From the NCBI GenBank assembly GCA_964634365.1, contig CAZWJU010000001.1:167028-231027 (forward strand): a stretch of 64,000 bases of DNA, written 5' to 3'. Shown here one piece after another: positions 1 through 9,328 of this stretch; the stretch's first letter is position 1; the number at the start of each line of letters is the position of its first letter. The position numbers were made by a program, and so were the translations under genes. Source of the stretch: an uncultured Candidatus Saccharibacteria bacterium (GTDB lineage Bacteria > Patescibacteriota > Minisyncoccia > Phycocordibacterales > UBA9973). The notes below the pieces were generated by a model. The model had not been told where the DNA came from. It worked only from the letters and a program-made list of their open reading frames with translations, and searched no databases.

Positions 1-274
1 GTTTTTTAGCTTTTTCCATTCTATCTTCTCCTGTATCTGCGTCACCGAGGTTGTCTCCTGTAAGATGACCTACGTCCGTTAGGTTCATTACATAATCTAC
101 GTCAAAACCGTTGTATTTTAGAGTTCGGTGGACAATATCACCTAAAATATAAGTACGCCAGTTACCAATAGTCACATAGTCGTAGACCGTAGGACCACAT
201 GTATATAACCCCACAGTGTTGCCTGTAGATTTAAATTCCTCTATGTCTTTGGTAAGTGAATTATATAGTTTCAT
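1..274 (-). CDS. cysS: Cysteinyl-tRNA synthetase, N-terminal part (runs off window)
   Basis: Manual translation from ATG 274: MKLYNSLTK...[19 protein letters not shown]...[10 protein letters not shown]; CGPTVY and NxTDV motifs. Confidence 0.93.
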   Translation of the reverse strand, partial: MKLYNSLTKDIEEFKSTGNTVGLYTCGPTVYDYVTIGNWRTYILGDIVHRTLKYNGFDVDYVMNLTDVGHLTGDNLGDADTGEDRMEKAKK

Positions 275-356
275 TGAGTCGATTATAGCCTGATTCTGTA
301 ATCTGACCAAATAGTATTGACTTTTTAAGCCTTTTCGCATAATATATAGCTGTTAT

Positions 357-716
357 ATGGCAACAAAGAAAGCAACAAAAAAATCAGTTTCAAAGAGCGA
401 GGAATTCGCTGTTATTTCTACTGGCGGAAAACAATACAAAGTTAGCGCCGGGGATACTCTAACAATCGAAAAATTGCCTGGTAAATACAGCGCAGGAGAC
501 GAAATAGCCTTTGAAAAAGTACTCTTAGTAGATAACGGTAAAGACACAACTATCGGAACTCCTTATATATCTGGAGCGAAAGTAATGGCAAGCTTTATAG
601 AAAACGGCCGTCACCAAAAAGTTATCGTTATGAAATACAAGCCAAAAAGTCGTTACAAAAAGACAAATGGCCACAGACAAGAATTCACAAAAGTTAAAAT
701 CACAGCTATAAAATAA
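357..716 (+). CDS. rplU: 50S ribosomal protein L21
   Basis: FAVISTGGKQYKV and GHRQEFTKVKI motifs. Confidence 0.97.
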   Translation: MATKKATKKSVSKSEEFAVISTGGKQYKVSAGDTLTIEKLPGKYSAGDEIAFEKVLLVDNGKDTTIGTPYISGAKVMASFIENGRHQKVIVMKYKPKSRYKKTNGHRQEFTKVKITAIK

Positions 717-743
717 AACCACTCAATTGAGTGGTTTTATTTT
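710..743. terminator. Bidirectional terminator (34-bp perfect palindrome) between convergent rplU and recR
   Basis: AAAATAAAACCACTCAATTGAGTGGTTTTATTTT. Confidence 0.8.
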
Positions 744-1354
744 TAGTGCCTGTTACCAAGAGCATTTTTCAATGTATCACTATCTGCGTATTCAGGCTCG
801 CTTCCTGTAGATAGACCTCTTCCGAGTGAAGTAATCAGTATGTTTTTCTCTGTGCATAAATCCCTCAGTAAATTTCTAATATATGAATCAGTATGTTCTC
901 CGTCCGGAGTAGCAGGAAAAGCTAAAATAACTTCTTTTAGTCCACCGCCCGCAGATTCACTTATTGATCTTACCAGTTCACGTTCTCGGATGTGACTTTG
1001 TACATTTTTCTCGACAGGAGGTACGAGGCTACCTAGTATAAAATATTTACCCTTGTGTGCATGTGTACGCTTGAAGCTTTCACAGTCAGAATCTTTTTCT
1101 ACAACAAGTAGAGAAGTCAGGTCTAGATTTGTTTTTCTACACACATCACACAGACTTTCGTTGTTTTTTGCAAAGTGTATAAAACAAGACGGGCACATAG
1201 ATACGTTTGATTTTAAATTTGTTAGTTCTTTTATGAGCTCTTTTTTATATTCATCTGGAGCATTCAATAAAAAATATACGAAACGCCTCGCTTGGCGAAC
1301 ACCAATACCAGGGAATCTTTTGAAAATATTTGCGAGATTGTCTATTGGATCCAT
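743..1354 (-). CDS. recR: Recombination mediator RecR
   Basis: FPGIGxRQA HhH, CxxC...CxxC zinc finger, TOPRIM (VVEKDSD, EVILA, DGEHT). Confidence 0.95.
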   Translation of the reverse strand: MDPIDNLANIFKRFPGIGVRQARRFVYFLLNAPDEYKKELIKELTNLKSNVSMCPSCFIHFAKNNESLCDVCRKTNLDLTSLLVVEKDSDCESFKRTHAHKGKYFILGSLVPPVEKNVQSHIRERELVRSISESAGGGLKEVILAFPATPDGEHTDSYIRNLLRDLCTEKNILITSLGRGLSTGSEPEYADSDTLKNALGNRH

Positions 1355-1372
1355 TTTTGTACTTTTTATATT

Positions 1373-2773
1373 CTAAAACATATCATTGTCGTCAATCTGT
1401 CTTGGCTTTGGTGGGGGAGTAAAACTTCCAAGATCTCCTTTTTCTATAGGTAGATAAGAACCGGTCTTGTCATCAAAATACAAGTCTACCTTGCCGGTAG
1501 GACCATTTCTGTGTTTTTCAATCAATATTTCTGCTAGGTTTGTTCGCTCAGATTGATCTTTGTATTTATCTTCTCTGTGTATGAACATCACAACGTCAGC
1601 GTCTTGTTCAATAGATCCCGAATCTCGGAGGTCTGAGAGTCTAGGCTTTCCACCACGAGATTCAACCGCACGAGAAAGCTGTGATAGTGCAAGTACTGGA
1701 ACATCCAAATCACGAGCAAGACCTTTTAGGGATCTAGATATCTCAGTAACTTGGTTCACCATCGAATCATAATTTTTAGATGTTGTCATGAGCTGTAGAT
1801 AGTCGACTATAATCAAACCTAAACCGTGCTCACTTTTTAATCTTCTTGCGGTAGCACGCATTCTCATAATAGAGTTTCCAGCTTGGTCATCGATAAAAAT
1901 CGGAGCCTTAGATAGCTTGTCTAGCGCGTCACGTAGGTTTGAGAATTCAGAATCAGCAGATAGTCTTCCTGTGCGAAGATTCCAAGCATCTACACGAGAC
2001 TCAGACGCGAGCATTCTGTCCACTAATTGTTGGGCACTCATCTCAAGAGAGAATATTCCTACTGGTATATTCTCTCTTGTTGCGGCCATACGAGCAATAT
2101 CGAGCGCGAGCGCTGTTTTACCCATAGACGGACGTGCAGCTAGAATAATCAGGTCTGAATTTTGCAATCCTGATAACATTGTATCCAAATCTTTGAATCC
2201 TGTTGGTACACCACGGAGCCCACCTTTTGTTTCGTGTAATTTTTCTATACGCTCCCATGCAGTAGAAAGTGTCTGTCTGATGCTTACAAATTTTTGTCCT
2301 TTTGGACTAGATGTAATACTGAAAATTCTTTTTTCAGCAGTATCCATAATATCTTCGATTGTATCGTCGGACTCACTAAAACCTAAATCTGAAACATAGT
2401 CGGCTGCGTCTATCAGTTCACGAAGTATATATTTTTTTGCAACTATGGACGCATAGTGCATAGCATTTGTAGCAGACGGCACAGATGCTACCAGTTCAGA
2501 CAAGTAACTCGCGCCACCGATATTTTCGAGCTCTTTTCTCTCAGACAATAGATTTGTCACTGAAACTAGGTCTATAGGCTGGTTTTTTGCAGCAAGGTCA
2601 AGCATCGCCTGAAATATAATCTTGTGTCTTGTACTATAAAAAGCATCTGTAGACAGAGTTTCTGCAATATCAATAATCGCTCCAGGCCTAACCATAAGCG
2701 AACCTAAAACAGCCTTTTCACTCTCTGTGCTTTGTGGTGGGACACGGATTTTATTGTCTTGTAGTTTCGCCAT
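1373..2773 (-). CDS. dnaB: Replicative DNA helicase
   Basis: PPQS..E.AVLG, AARPSMGKT, IVDYLQL, LSQLSR, DLRDSGSIEQDAD; start set at MAKLQ downstream of a TGnTACAAT -10. Confidence 0.97.
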   Translation of the reverse strand: MAKLQDNKIRVPPQSTESEKAVLGSLMVRPGAIIDIAETLSTDAFYSTRHKIIFQAMLDLAAKNQPIDLVSVTNLLSERKELENIGGASYLSELVASVPSATNAMHYASIVAKKYILRELIDAADYVSDLGFSESDDTIEDIMDTAEKRIFSITSSPKGQKFVSIRQTLSTAWERIEKLHETKGGLRGVPTGFKDLDTMLSGLQNSDLIILAARPSMGKTALALDIARMAATRENIPVGIFSLEMSAQQLVDRMLASESRVDAWNLRTGRLSADSEFSNLRDALDKLSKAPIFIDDQAGNSIMRMRATARRLKSEHGLGLIIVDYLQLMTTSKNYDSMVNQVTEISRSLKGLARDLDVPVLALSQLSRAVESRGGKPRLSDLRDSGSIEQDADVVMFIHREDKYKDQSERTNLAEILIEKHRNGPTGKVDLYFDDKTGSYLPIEKGDLGSFTPPPKPRQIDDNDMF

Positions 2774-2893
2774 TGGGCTTGATTGTACCACATGAATTTT
2801 TTTATAAAATCCATAAAAGTGCATTTAAAAGTTAGTATCGTGTGGATTCTAAAATATTTCATAATTCTTGATATATTTGCTAAAATTAAGTCT

Positions 2894-3901
2894 ATGCAAA
2901 ATAACAAAACTATTGTACTAACAGGAGATAGACCAACCGGAAGGCTCCACTTGGGACACCTTGTAGGATCTATACAAAAAAGAGTTGCTCTGGCAGAAGA
3001 ATCAGACAAGTCTTTTTACATGATTGCAGACATCCAAGCTCTAACTGACAACGCAGACAATCCTGACAAAGTTCGCAATAACGTACTAGAAGTAGCGCTC
3101 GACAATCTAGCATGTGGCCTAAAACCTGAAAAAACTATTATGTACATCCAGTCAGAAATTCCTGAGATCGCAGAACTAACAGTATTGTTTATGAACTTAG
3201 TCACTTTAGCGAGACTAAAAAGAAATCCTACAGTAAAAGCTGAGATGCAACAGAAAGGCTACGGTGAAGACGTGCCGGCAGGTTTTTTAGCTTATCCAAT
3301 ATCTCAAGCTGCTGATATTTTAATTATGAAATCAAATCTAATCCCAGTAGGAGAAGATCAGTTTCCAGTTATCGAACAAGCAAATGAGATAGTAGATACT
3401 TTCAATCGTCTTTATGGAAATGTTTTTGATCGTATAAAACATATTAGTGGTGATACAGCAAGACTTGTGGGGACAGATGGCAACGCAAAAATGTCTAAAT
3501 CTCTCGGCAATTGTATATACTTGGCGGATAGTGATGAGACTATAGAAGAGAAAGTTATGGGCATGTATACAGACCCAAATCATATTCGCGTGGAAGATCC
3601 TGGTAAAGTAGAAGGGAATGTAGTTTTTACATATCTAGATATTTTTGACCCAAACAAAGATGAAGTTGCAGATCTTAAAAAACAATACGAAAAAGGCGGG
3701 CTCGGTGATGTAGTACTTAAAAAAAGGCTCATAGAAGTCCTAAAAGAAATAATCTCTCCGATACGCGAAAGACGAGAGCAACTCGCAAAAGATCCAAAAA
3801 TGATCATGGATCTACTTGAAGAAGGAACAAAAGAAGCTCGCAAAGTTGCTAGCGAAACTATGCGTGAGGTTCGTAGTGCACTAAAAATAGATTATTTTTA
3901 G
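2894..3901 (+). CDS. trpS: Tryptophanyl-tRNA synthetase
   Basis: TGDRPTGRLHLGH, VGEDQ, KMSKS; start set at MQNNK. Confidence 0.96.
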   Translation: MQNNKTIVLTGDRPTGRLHLGHLVGSIQKRVALAEESDKSFYMIADIQALTDNADNPDKVRNNVLEVALDNLACGLKPEKTIMYIQSEIPEIAELTVLFMNLVTLARLKRNPTVKAEMQQKGYGEDVPAGFLAYPISQAADILIMKSNLIPVGEDQFPVIEQANEIVDTFNRLYGNVFDRIKHISGDTARLVGTDGNAKMSKSLGNCIYLADSDETIEEKVMGMYTDPNHIRVEDPGKVEGNVVFTYLDIFDPNKDEVADLKKQYEKGGLGDVVLKKRLIEVLKEIISPIRERREQLAKDPKMIMDLLEEGTKEARKVASETMREVRSALKIDYF

Positions 3902-3960
3902 TAAATTGACTTTTAGTAAAAAACTTATATAATGTGAGTAGATAAAAGCTTTTTCGTAAT

Positions 3961-5772
3961 ATGAATATAAAAAATAAAGAAAAAAAATTGGCTTTCAAGG
4001 ATTACAGAGACGGCATTAGAACAATCTGGCAGTTGATCACGGTGAAATACAAAAGAGAAATCTGGACACTTGTGATACTGTCTTTTTTTATTGCCATACT
4101 CGACGGTATAGTACCTCTCATATCTGGTAACTTCTTCGATAGACTCGTAGAGGTCAAAACAAATGCGAGCGCCGTATGGATATCGCTTGGCGTATTGATT
4201 GTAGTCACAACCATATCTTCTTTTGGTCAAAGATGGAAATACACTAAAAGCGACCTGGTAAACTACAAAATCATAACTGACTACCATGCAAATGTTGCAG
4301 CGAAACTTGTTCGTCTACCTATGTCATATCTAAACAGTAGACCGATGAGTGAGATCGAGCAAAAGTGCCAAAGAGCAGGGAACAATCTCGAGAACATGTT
4401 CCGAGATGTTTTAATAGAAATTCTTCCTGCTTTTTTAGGTATAATCGTAGCTTTTGTAACGGTCTTCACTATCAACACAACACTTTCGCTTATACTTCTC
4501 GGCGGGGTCTTGGCTTACATACTCGTAATACTGCAAACAGTGGGAGATGGTGCAAAGCTCCAACGCGAAAACCAGAAGCAATGGGTTAACGCATGGATCG
4601 CAAGATCAGATGGCTTGTACAATATTCCAACAGTAAAACAATTTGCTGCCGAAGATTTTGAAACAGAAAAAAATAGAAAGAACTTTACGGAAAAAGTCTT
4701 TGGTGCGCAGTTTAATCTCTGGAAGATGTGGAGCAAGATAAATCTCTGGCAGAAAATTATTATCTTGGTTACACAAACTATTGTTCTGTCTATGTCAGTA
4801 GGGTTTCTAAAAAACGATATTCTCTCTGCCGGACAAGTGATAGCTTTCAATGCTTATGTTGGTATGGTGTTTGGTCCGTTTTTACGCATGGGAAATATGT
4901 GGCGAACAATCCAAAATTCGATCATCAACGTACATGATGCAAACGAAATACTATCCATGACACCAGAAGATTATACGAAAGACAGCGCTGCTGCTAAAAA
5001 AATTAGCGGTGAAGTTGAGTTTAGGGGTGTCACTTTCTATCACGATGAGAGAAAAGTTATTTTGGACAATTTAAACTTCAAGGCAAAAGCCGGTTCTGTT
5101 GTCGCCTTTGTCGGTAAAACTGGATCAGGTAAAACATCTCTTACAGAACTAATATACCGATTCCACGAACCAACAAAAGGAGAGATCCTTGTAGATGGCA
5201 TAAATATTGGCGAATACAATCTAACATCTCTAAGATCTCAAATTGGAATCGTTCCACAAGAGCCTGTTCTTTTCGATTCAACTATCCGAAACAACATAAT
5301 GTATCCAAAAAGTAAGGTTAGTCAAAAAATTCTTGATGAAGTTGCTCGCAAGGCAGATTTGCTTGAATTCATAAAAGATCAACCTGATGGATGGGATACG
5401 GTAGTTGGAGACAGAGGCGTAAAACTATCTGGTGGACAACGCCAACGTATTGCAATCGCTCGAGCACTCTTGGCGAATCCTAAAATTTTAATTTTAGATG
5501 AATCTACATCAGCACTTGATGCAGAAACTCAGAAAAAAATTGAAGATTCTCTAAGGGAGCTCATGAAGGACAAAACTACTTTCATAGTTGCACACAGACT
5601 TAGTGCGGTACGCGATGCAGACAAAATATGTGTACTCCACAAAGGCAAGATTGTCGAAGAAGGAAATCATGAGGAGCTAATACAGATTCCAAATGGACGA
5701 TACAGAAAACTATATGAACTTCAGTACAGAGAAGCAGAGATAATCGAAGCTGAAAAAGTACTAGAAGAATAA
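3961..5772 (+). CDS. ABC exporter, fused permease/ATPase (MsbA/Sav1866-like)
   Basis: N-terminal TM helices, GKTGSGKT Walker A, LSGGQRQR, ILILDE. Confidence 0.93.
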   Translation: MNIKNKEKKLAFKDYRDGIRTIWQLITVKYKREIWTLVILSFFIAILDGIVPLISGNFFDRLVEVKTNASAVWISLGVLIVVTTISSFGQRWKYTKSDLVNYKIITDYHANVAAKLVRLPMSYLNSRPMSEIEQKCQRAGNNLENMFRDVLIEILPAFLGIIVAFVTVFTINTTLSLILLGGVLAYILVILQTVGDGAKLQRENQKQWVNAWIARSDGLYNIPTVKQFAAEDFETEKNRKNFTEKVFGAQFNLWKMWSKINLWQKIIILVTQTIVLSMSVGFLKNDILSAGQVIAFNAYVGMVFGPFLRMGNMWRTIQNSIINVHDANEILSMTPEDYTKDSAAAKKISGEVEFRGVTFYHDERKVILDNLNFKAKAGSVVAFVGKTGSGKTSLTELIYRFHEPTKGEILVDGINIGEYNLTSLRSQIGIVPQEPVLFDSTIRNNIMYPKSKVSQKILDEVARKADLLEFIKDQPDGWDTVVGDRGVKLSGGQRQRIAIARALLANPKILILDESTSALDAETQKKIEDSLRELMKDKTTFIVAHRLSAVRDADKICVLHKGKIVEEGNHEELIQIPNGRYRKLYELQYREAEIIEAEKVLEE

Positions 5773-5776
5773 ACCT

Positions 5777-5807
5777 AAAACCGCGAGTTTAAAACTTGCG
5801 GTTTTTT
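5777..5807 (+). terminator. Intrinsic terminator of ABC gene
   Basis: AAAACCGCGAGTTT/AAACTTGCGGTTTT hairpin plus T-run. Confidence 0.75.
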
Positions 5808-5830
5808 ATTTTTAGAGTACGATAAATATA

Positions 5831-5987
5831 TCCACTGATCCGCTGACAACGGGGAGGAAAAGTCAAATATTTCAAGGTCATCTCGCTCGAAACGAGACTG
5901 ACGAAGTAGGGTGGCACCGCGTTTCAAACATGAATCGCCCCTGCGAATTTACAAACTAATGTAAGTTCGAAGAGGCGATTTTTGTTT
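5831..5987 (+). promoter_or_regulatory. T-box riboswitch (Asp, transcriptional), ultrashort Stem I
   Basis: T-box AAGTAGGGTGGCACCGCG 5904-5921; antiterminator partner CGCCCCT; terminator AATCGCC...GGCGATTTTT; GAC in Stem I loop 5845-5847; promoter TTGCGG-16-TACGAT upstream. Confidence 0.88.
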
Positions 5988-6007
5988 CCTCTAGAGCTCT
6001 AAAAAAT

Positions 6008-7303
6008 ATGGTGAAAGCTATACATGTTTCTGAATTAAAAAATCATAGTGGTGAAAATGCTACTGTGCAAGGTTTTGTACATACACTACGTGTGCAAAGT
6101 AAAATTATCTTTCTAATAATCCGTGATGTTACCGGAATCGCTCAGACAGTCGTGGAGATAAAAGATCCGGAAGTATTTGAGATTGCAAAAAATCTATCGC
6201 ATGAATCAGTTGTGCGAATCAGTGGTTTGGTAAAAGACGTACCCCAAGCCCCAGGAGGATTTGAAATAGGTGTAGAGTCTATAGAAGTTTTATCAGTTGC
6301 AAATCCTGAACTTCCGATTCCAATTATTGAAAAAGGAAACGAGGAAACAGAGGCTCCAACACGTTTTGACTACAGATGGATTGATTTGCGCAAACCTGAA
6401 AAAACAAAAATATTTAAAGTTTGGACTGAACTTGAAAAAGGTTTTAGAAAATACTGGGATGAAAATGGATATACTCAGCTATACTCTCCATCTTTTATGT
6501 CTACTCCATCAGAAACTGGAGCTGAAGTTTTCGAAGTAAACTATTTTGACCGCAAGGCATATCTTGCTCAATCTCCACAGTTCTACAAACAAATGGGTAT
6601 CGCATCTGGTTTTGAGCGTGTGTTTATAGCTGGTCCAGTATTTCGCGCAGAAGAATCATTTACAACTCGCCATATGACAGAGTTTACTGGATGGGACTTT
6701 GAGATTGGTTTTATCGAATCACACCACGATGTTATGGACCAAGAAGAGGGCATGATAGTCGCAGGTTTTGAAAATTTAAAAGCAAAATTTCCAGAATTAA
6801 ATATAGAAGTTCCAGCTCGTCCATTTCCACGAATCAAAATGACTGAAGCAAAAGAAATCTTGGCAAAAGAGGGGATCGCAAGCTCTGAAGACCATGACCT
6901 TTCTCCAGAAGAAGAGCGCGCGATCTGTGAATATGTAAAGCGCGAGCGAAACCATGAATTTGTATTTATATGTGATTATCACAAATCAAAATCTGCTTTC
7001 TATCACATGAGACTTGAAGAGGGATCTGATAGATCTCGTCGCGCAGACCTACTCTTCCGTGGTATTGAGATCACAACTCTCGCTCAACGCGAACACAGAA
7101 TTGAAATACTTGAAGCTCAAGCAAAAGAAAAAGGGATGTCACTTGAGGCACTCTCTGACTACCTAAACTTCTTCCGTTATGGATGCCCTCCGCACGGAGG
7201 TGCTGGTATAGGCCCAGGACGTCTCATAATGAAGATTCTTGACCTTCCAAACGTCCGCGAAGCAACATATCTACCAAGAGATGTTAAGAGATTAAATCCA
7301 TAA
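6008..7303 (+). CDS. aspS: Aspartyl-tRNA synthetase, short non-discriminating type
   Basis: OB fold with QAPGG, LAQSPQFYKQ, FRAE, PPHGGAGIG; 431 aa without the bacterial insertion domain; gatB in window. Confidence 0.9.
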   Translation: MVKAIHVSELKNHSGENATVQGFVHTLRVQSKIIFLIIRDVTGIAQTVVEIKDPEVFEIAKNLSHESVVRISGLVKDVPQAPGGFEIGVESIEVLSVANPELPIPIIEKGNEETEAPTRFDYRWIDLRKPEKTKIFKVWTELEKGFRKYWDENGYTQLYSPSFMSTPSETGAEVFEVNYFDRKAYLAQSPQFYKQMGIASGFERVFIAGPVFRAEESFTTRHMTEFTGWDFEIGFIESHHDVMDQEEGMIVAGFENLKAKFPELNIEVPARPFPRIKMTEAKEILAKEGIASSEDHDLSPEEERAICEYVKRERNHEFVFICDYHKSKSAFYHMRLEEGSDRSRRADLLFRGIEITTLAQREHRIEILEAQAKEKGMSLEALSDYLNFFRYGCPPHGGAGIGPGRLIMKILDLPNVREATYLPRDVKRLNP

Positions 7304-7315
7304 AAATACAAGAAA

Positions 7316-8251
7316 CTAAAGGAGGTCAAGGAGTAAATCCTTGGCTTCTTTTAATTTACCCTCATCAAGATTTGATATCGTATCAGCATCTGAGTGATAC
7401 ACGGTCATAAGCTGATCAATATTTGAATAAATCGTAATCATTTTATTTTTATATTTATCAAATTGCCTAATTGGAAAAGCTAGATATATTATTTCTGGAT
7501 TTGAATCTAATTTAGGAGATCCGTTTCCTACACAATCTATGGGTATAATTTTCTCTGCAATATCAAAAAGATTCGAATATTTATCTTCAAATACTCTAAA
7601 ACCATGACCCCAATATGTAGGTCTGTCATAAGATAGTTCTTCGTTTGGGTCAAATACAAAAAGTGATTCTTTTATGATTTCTGGGTTCTCGATTATCGCA
7701 CTGAGTGCAACAGCGACACCAGAAGCATTATCAATCGCACCTACAGATATTGAATCGTAGTGGGCAAAGATTATATTTTTTGGATCTTTCAAATTACCCA
7801 CCAATATGTGAGCAACTTCTGTTTCAATTTTTTCTACTTTTACATCACCTTCAATATTTTTTGCATTTATTATTTTAGGTATATCTTTTTTTGATACTGC
7901 AATTGCTGGTGCAAAATAAAAATTTGAACATGAAATTTCTTCAGAATATGGATTAAAATTGATATTCTTGTTATCAAGGTTAAATCTAGACGGGGTTGTA
8001 GAGCTTAAAATACAAGACTTGGAATCAATCTTGCCTTCAGTATACGAGCAACCTTTACACTCAACACTTACTCCATCAACAACTAAAACAGAACTACAAA
8101 CTGGGACGACAGATTTAAATCTATCTAAGACAAAAGGGATACTACTGCTATTCAATGTATCTTCTATATATTTTTGAACCATTAAAAGATCGGCCCCTTG
8201 TCGATTTTTATACTTTACGATCTCTTTGATTATATCTGTTATATTTACCAT
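7316..8251 (-). CDS. M28-family zinc peptidase
   Basis: AHYDS, GAIDNASG, NEE, DCVG, YHSDAD metal-ligand motifs; start set at MVNIT. Confidence 0.8.
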   Translation of the reverse strand: MVNITDIIKEIVKYKNRQGADLLMVQKYIEDTLNSSSIPFVLDRFKSVVPVCSSVLVVDGVSVECKGCSYTEGKIDSKSCILSSTTPSRFNLDNKNINFNPYSEEISCSNFYFAPAIAVSKKDIPKIINAKNIEGDVKVEKIETEVAHILVGNLKDPKNIIFAHYDSISVGAIDNASGVAVALSAIIENPEIIKESLFVFDPNEELSYDRPTYWGHGFRVFEDKYSNLFDIAEKIIPIDCVGNGSPKLDSNPEIIYLAFPIRQFDKYKNKMITIYSNIDQLMTVYHSDADTISNLDEGKLKEAKDLLLDLL

Positions 8252-8325
8252 AATTTTATATTTTAAATAAAATATTCCCCAGTACCAATAATAAGTACAC
8301 GGTAAGCACTGGGGAATACCAATAA

Positions 8326-9306
8326 TTAAGAATGCCAATCGATAACTGCATCTGCTATATCAGAAAAGAACGAAACAGAATCTCCAGTTTTTTTATCTAA
8401 AAAACGAGATGTTATAGAATCGATCGCACTCGGACAATTAATTACATGCTTAGGCATACATAACATTTTATCATCAAGCGGTGGAACTTTCAGAACCAGA
8501 GGCTTAAATCCTGTACCACTTTCTATCAAGTTCACAGTGCTTTCAAAAAGCTTTTTAGCCTCACTAACCTGAGAAAGTTCGTTGTCATAAGTCTCAAGCA
8601 GAATCATAGAACCATCAATAAACCAACTAAAATACAAAGGATAATACCAATCAGAAATTGGACGATAATTTACACCCTCAATATCAACTTCTGATATATG
8701 CTTTTTCTTTGAAACTCTATTTTCAATAGAGAATACATAATCAGGTTTTTTTACTGATGAACGAACGTAGATCCTATCTAGATTTGATACGTCAACCAAT
8801 GCATCACTTTCACCAAATACTTTAGCGCGTAACCCAAAATGAAATTCCGGCAAGGTCTCTCCTGGTATATGTGAACTAGTTTTAATCATAGACAAAGGCA
8901 GTCCTGAATAATCCATAATTGACCCGTCGACGATACGCTCACCATAAAAATACAAATTCTTTTTTCTACCATAATCAGCCCATTTGAAATTTAAATAAGA
9001 TCTTTTTTCGTGATTATTGGGAGAAAAAGTATCGTCTAAAAAAGGCAGGGATAATAGGGGATAACCCAAAACATTGGCACCTATCTTGCAAGCCAAATCC
9101 TCTGTCCTTACAGAAGGAATCTGCCTACAAAGCGTCAGGTGAGTTTTATCTCCATCTAATCCAAAATATTTTTTAGTAATTCCGATAAAATCTTTTATTC
9201 CATAAGATCTTTCGATCCAGGAATTAATAGATTTGTGAATTTCGTCTCGTCTAACAAGACGGTCTTTAATAATAGACTCAAGAGTTTCTAATTTTGTGAT
9301 GTACAT
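8326..9306 (-). CDS. Hypothetical soluble protein (326 aa)
   Basis: Long ORF, no family recognised; first gene after the attenuator. Confidence 0.8.
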   Translation of the reverse strand: MYITKLETLESIIKDRLVRRDEIHKSINSWIERSYGIKDFIGITKKYFGLDGDKTHLTLCRQIPSVRTEDLACKIGANVLGYPLLSLPFLDDTFSPNNHEKRSYLNFKWADYGRKKNLYFYGERIVDGSIMDYSGLPLSMIKTSSHIPGETLPEFHFGLRAKVFGESDALVDVSNLDRIYVRSSVKKPDYVFSIENRVSKKKHISEVDIEGVNYRPISDWYYPLYFSWFIDGSMILLETYDNELSQVSEAKKLFESTVNLIESGTGFKPLVLKVPPLDDKMLCMPKHVINCPSAIDSITSRFLDKKTGDSVSFFSDIADAVIDWHS

Positions 9307-9328
9307 AAGACATGTAATTTAAATTGTG

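Noticed and set aside
8252-8338. N-terminal extension of the M28 ORF (also extensions of dnaB, trpS, ftsW, rpe, yqeY, 36017-36448 and 40027-41538)
   Set aside because: They overlap neighbouring genes, hairpins or promoters; downstream ATGs fit better
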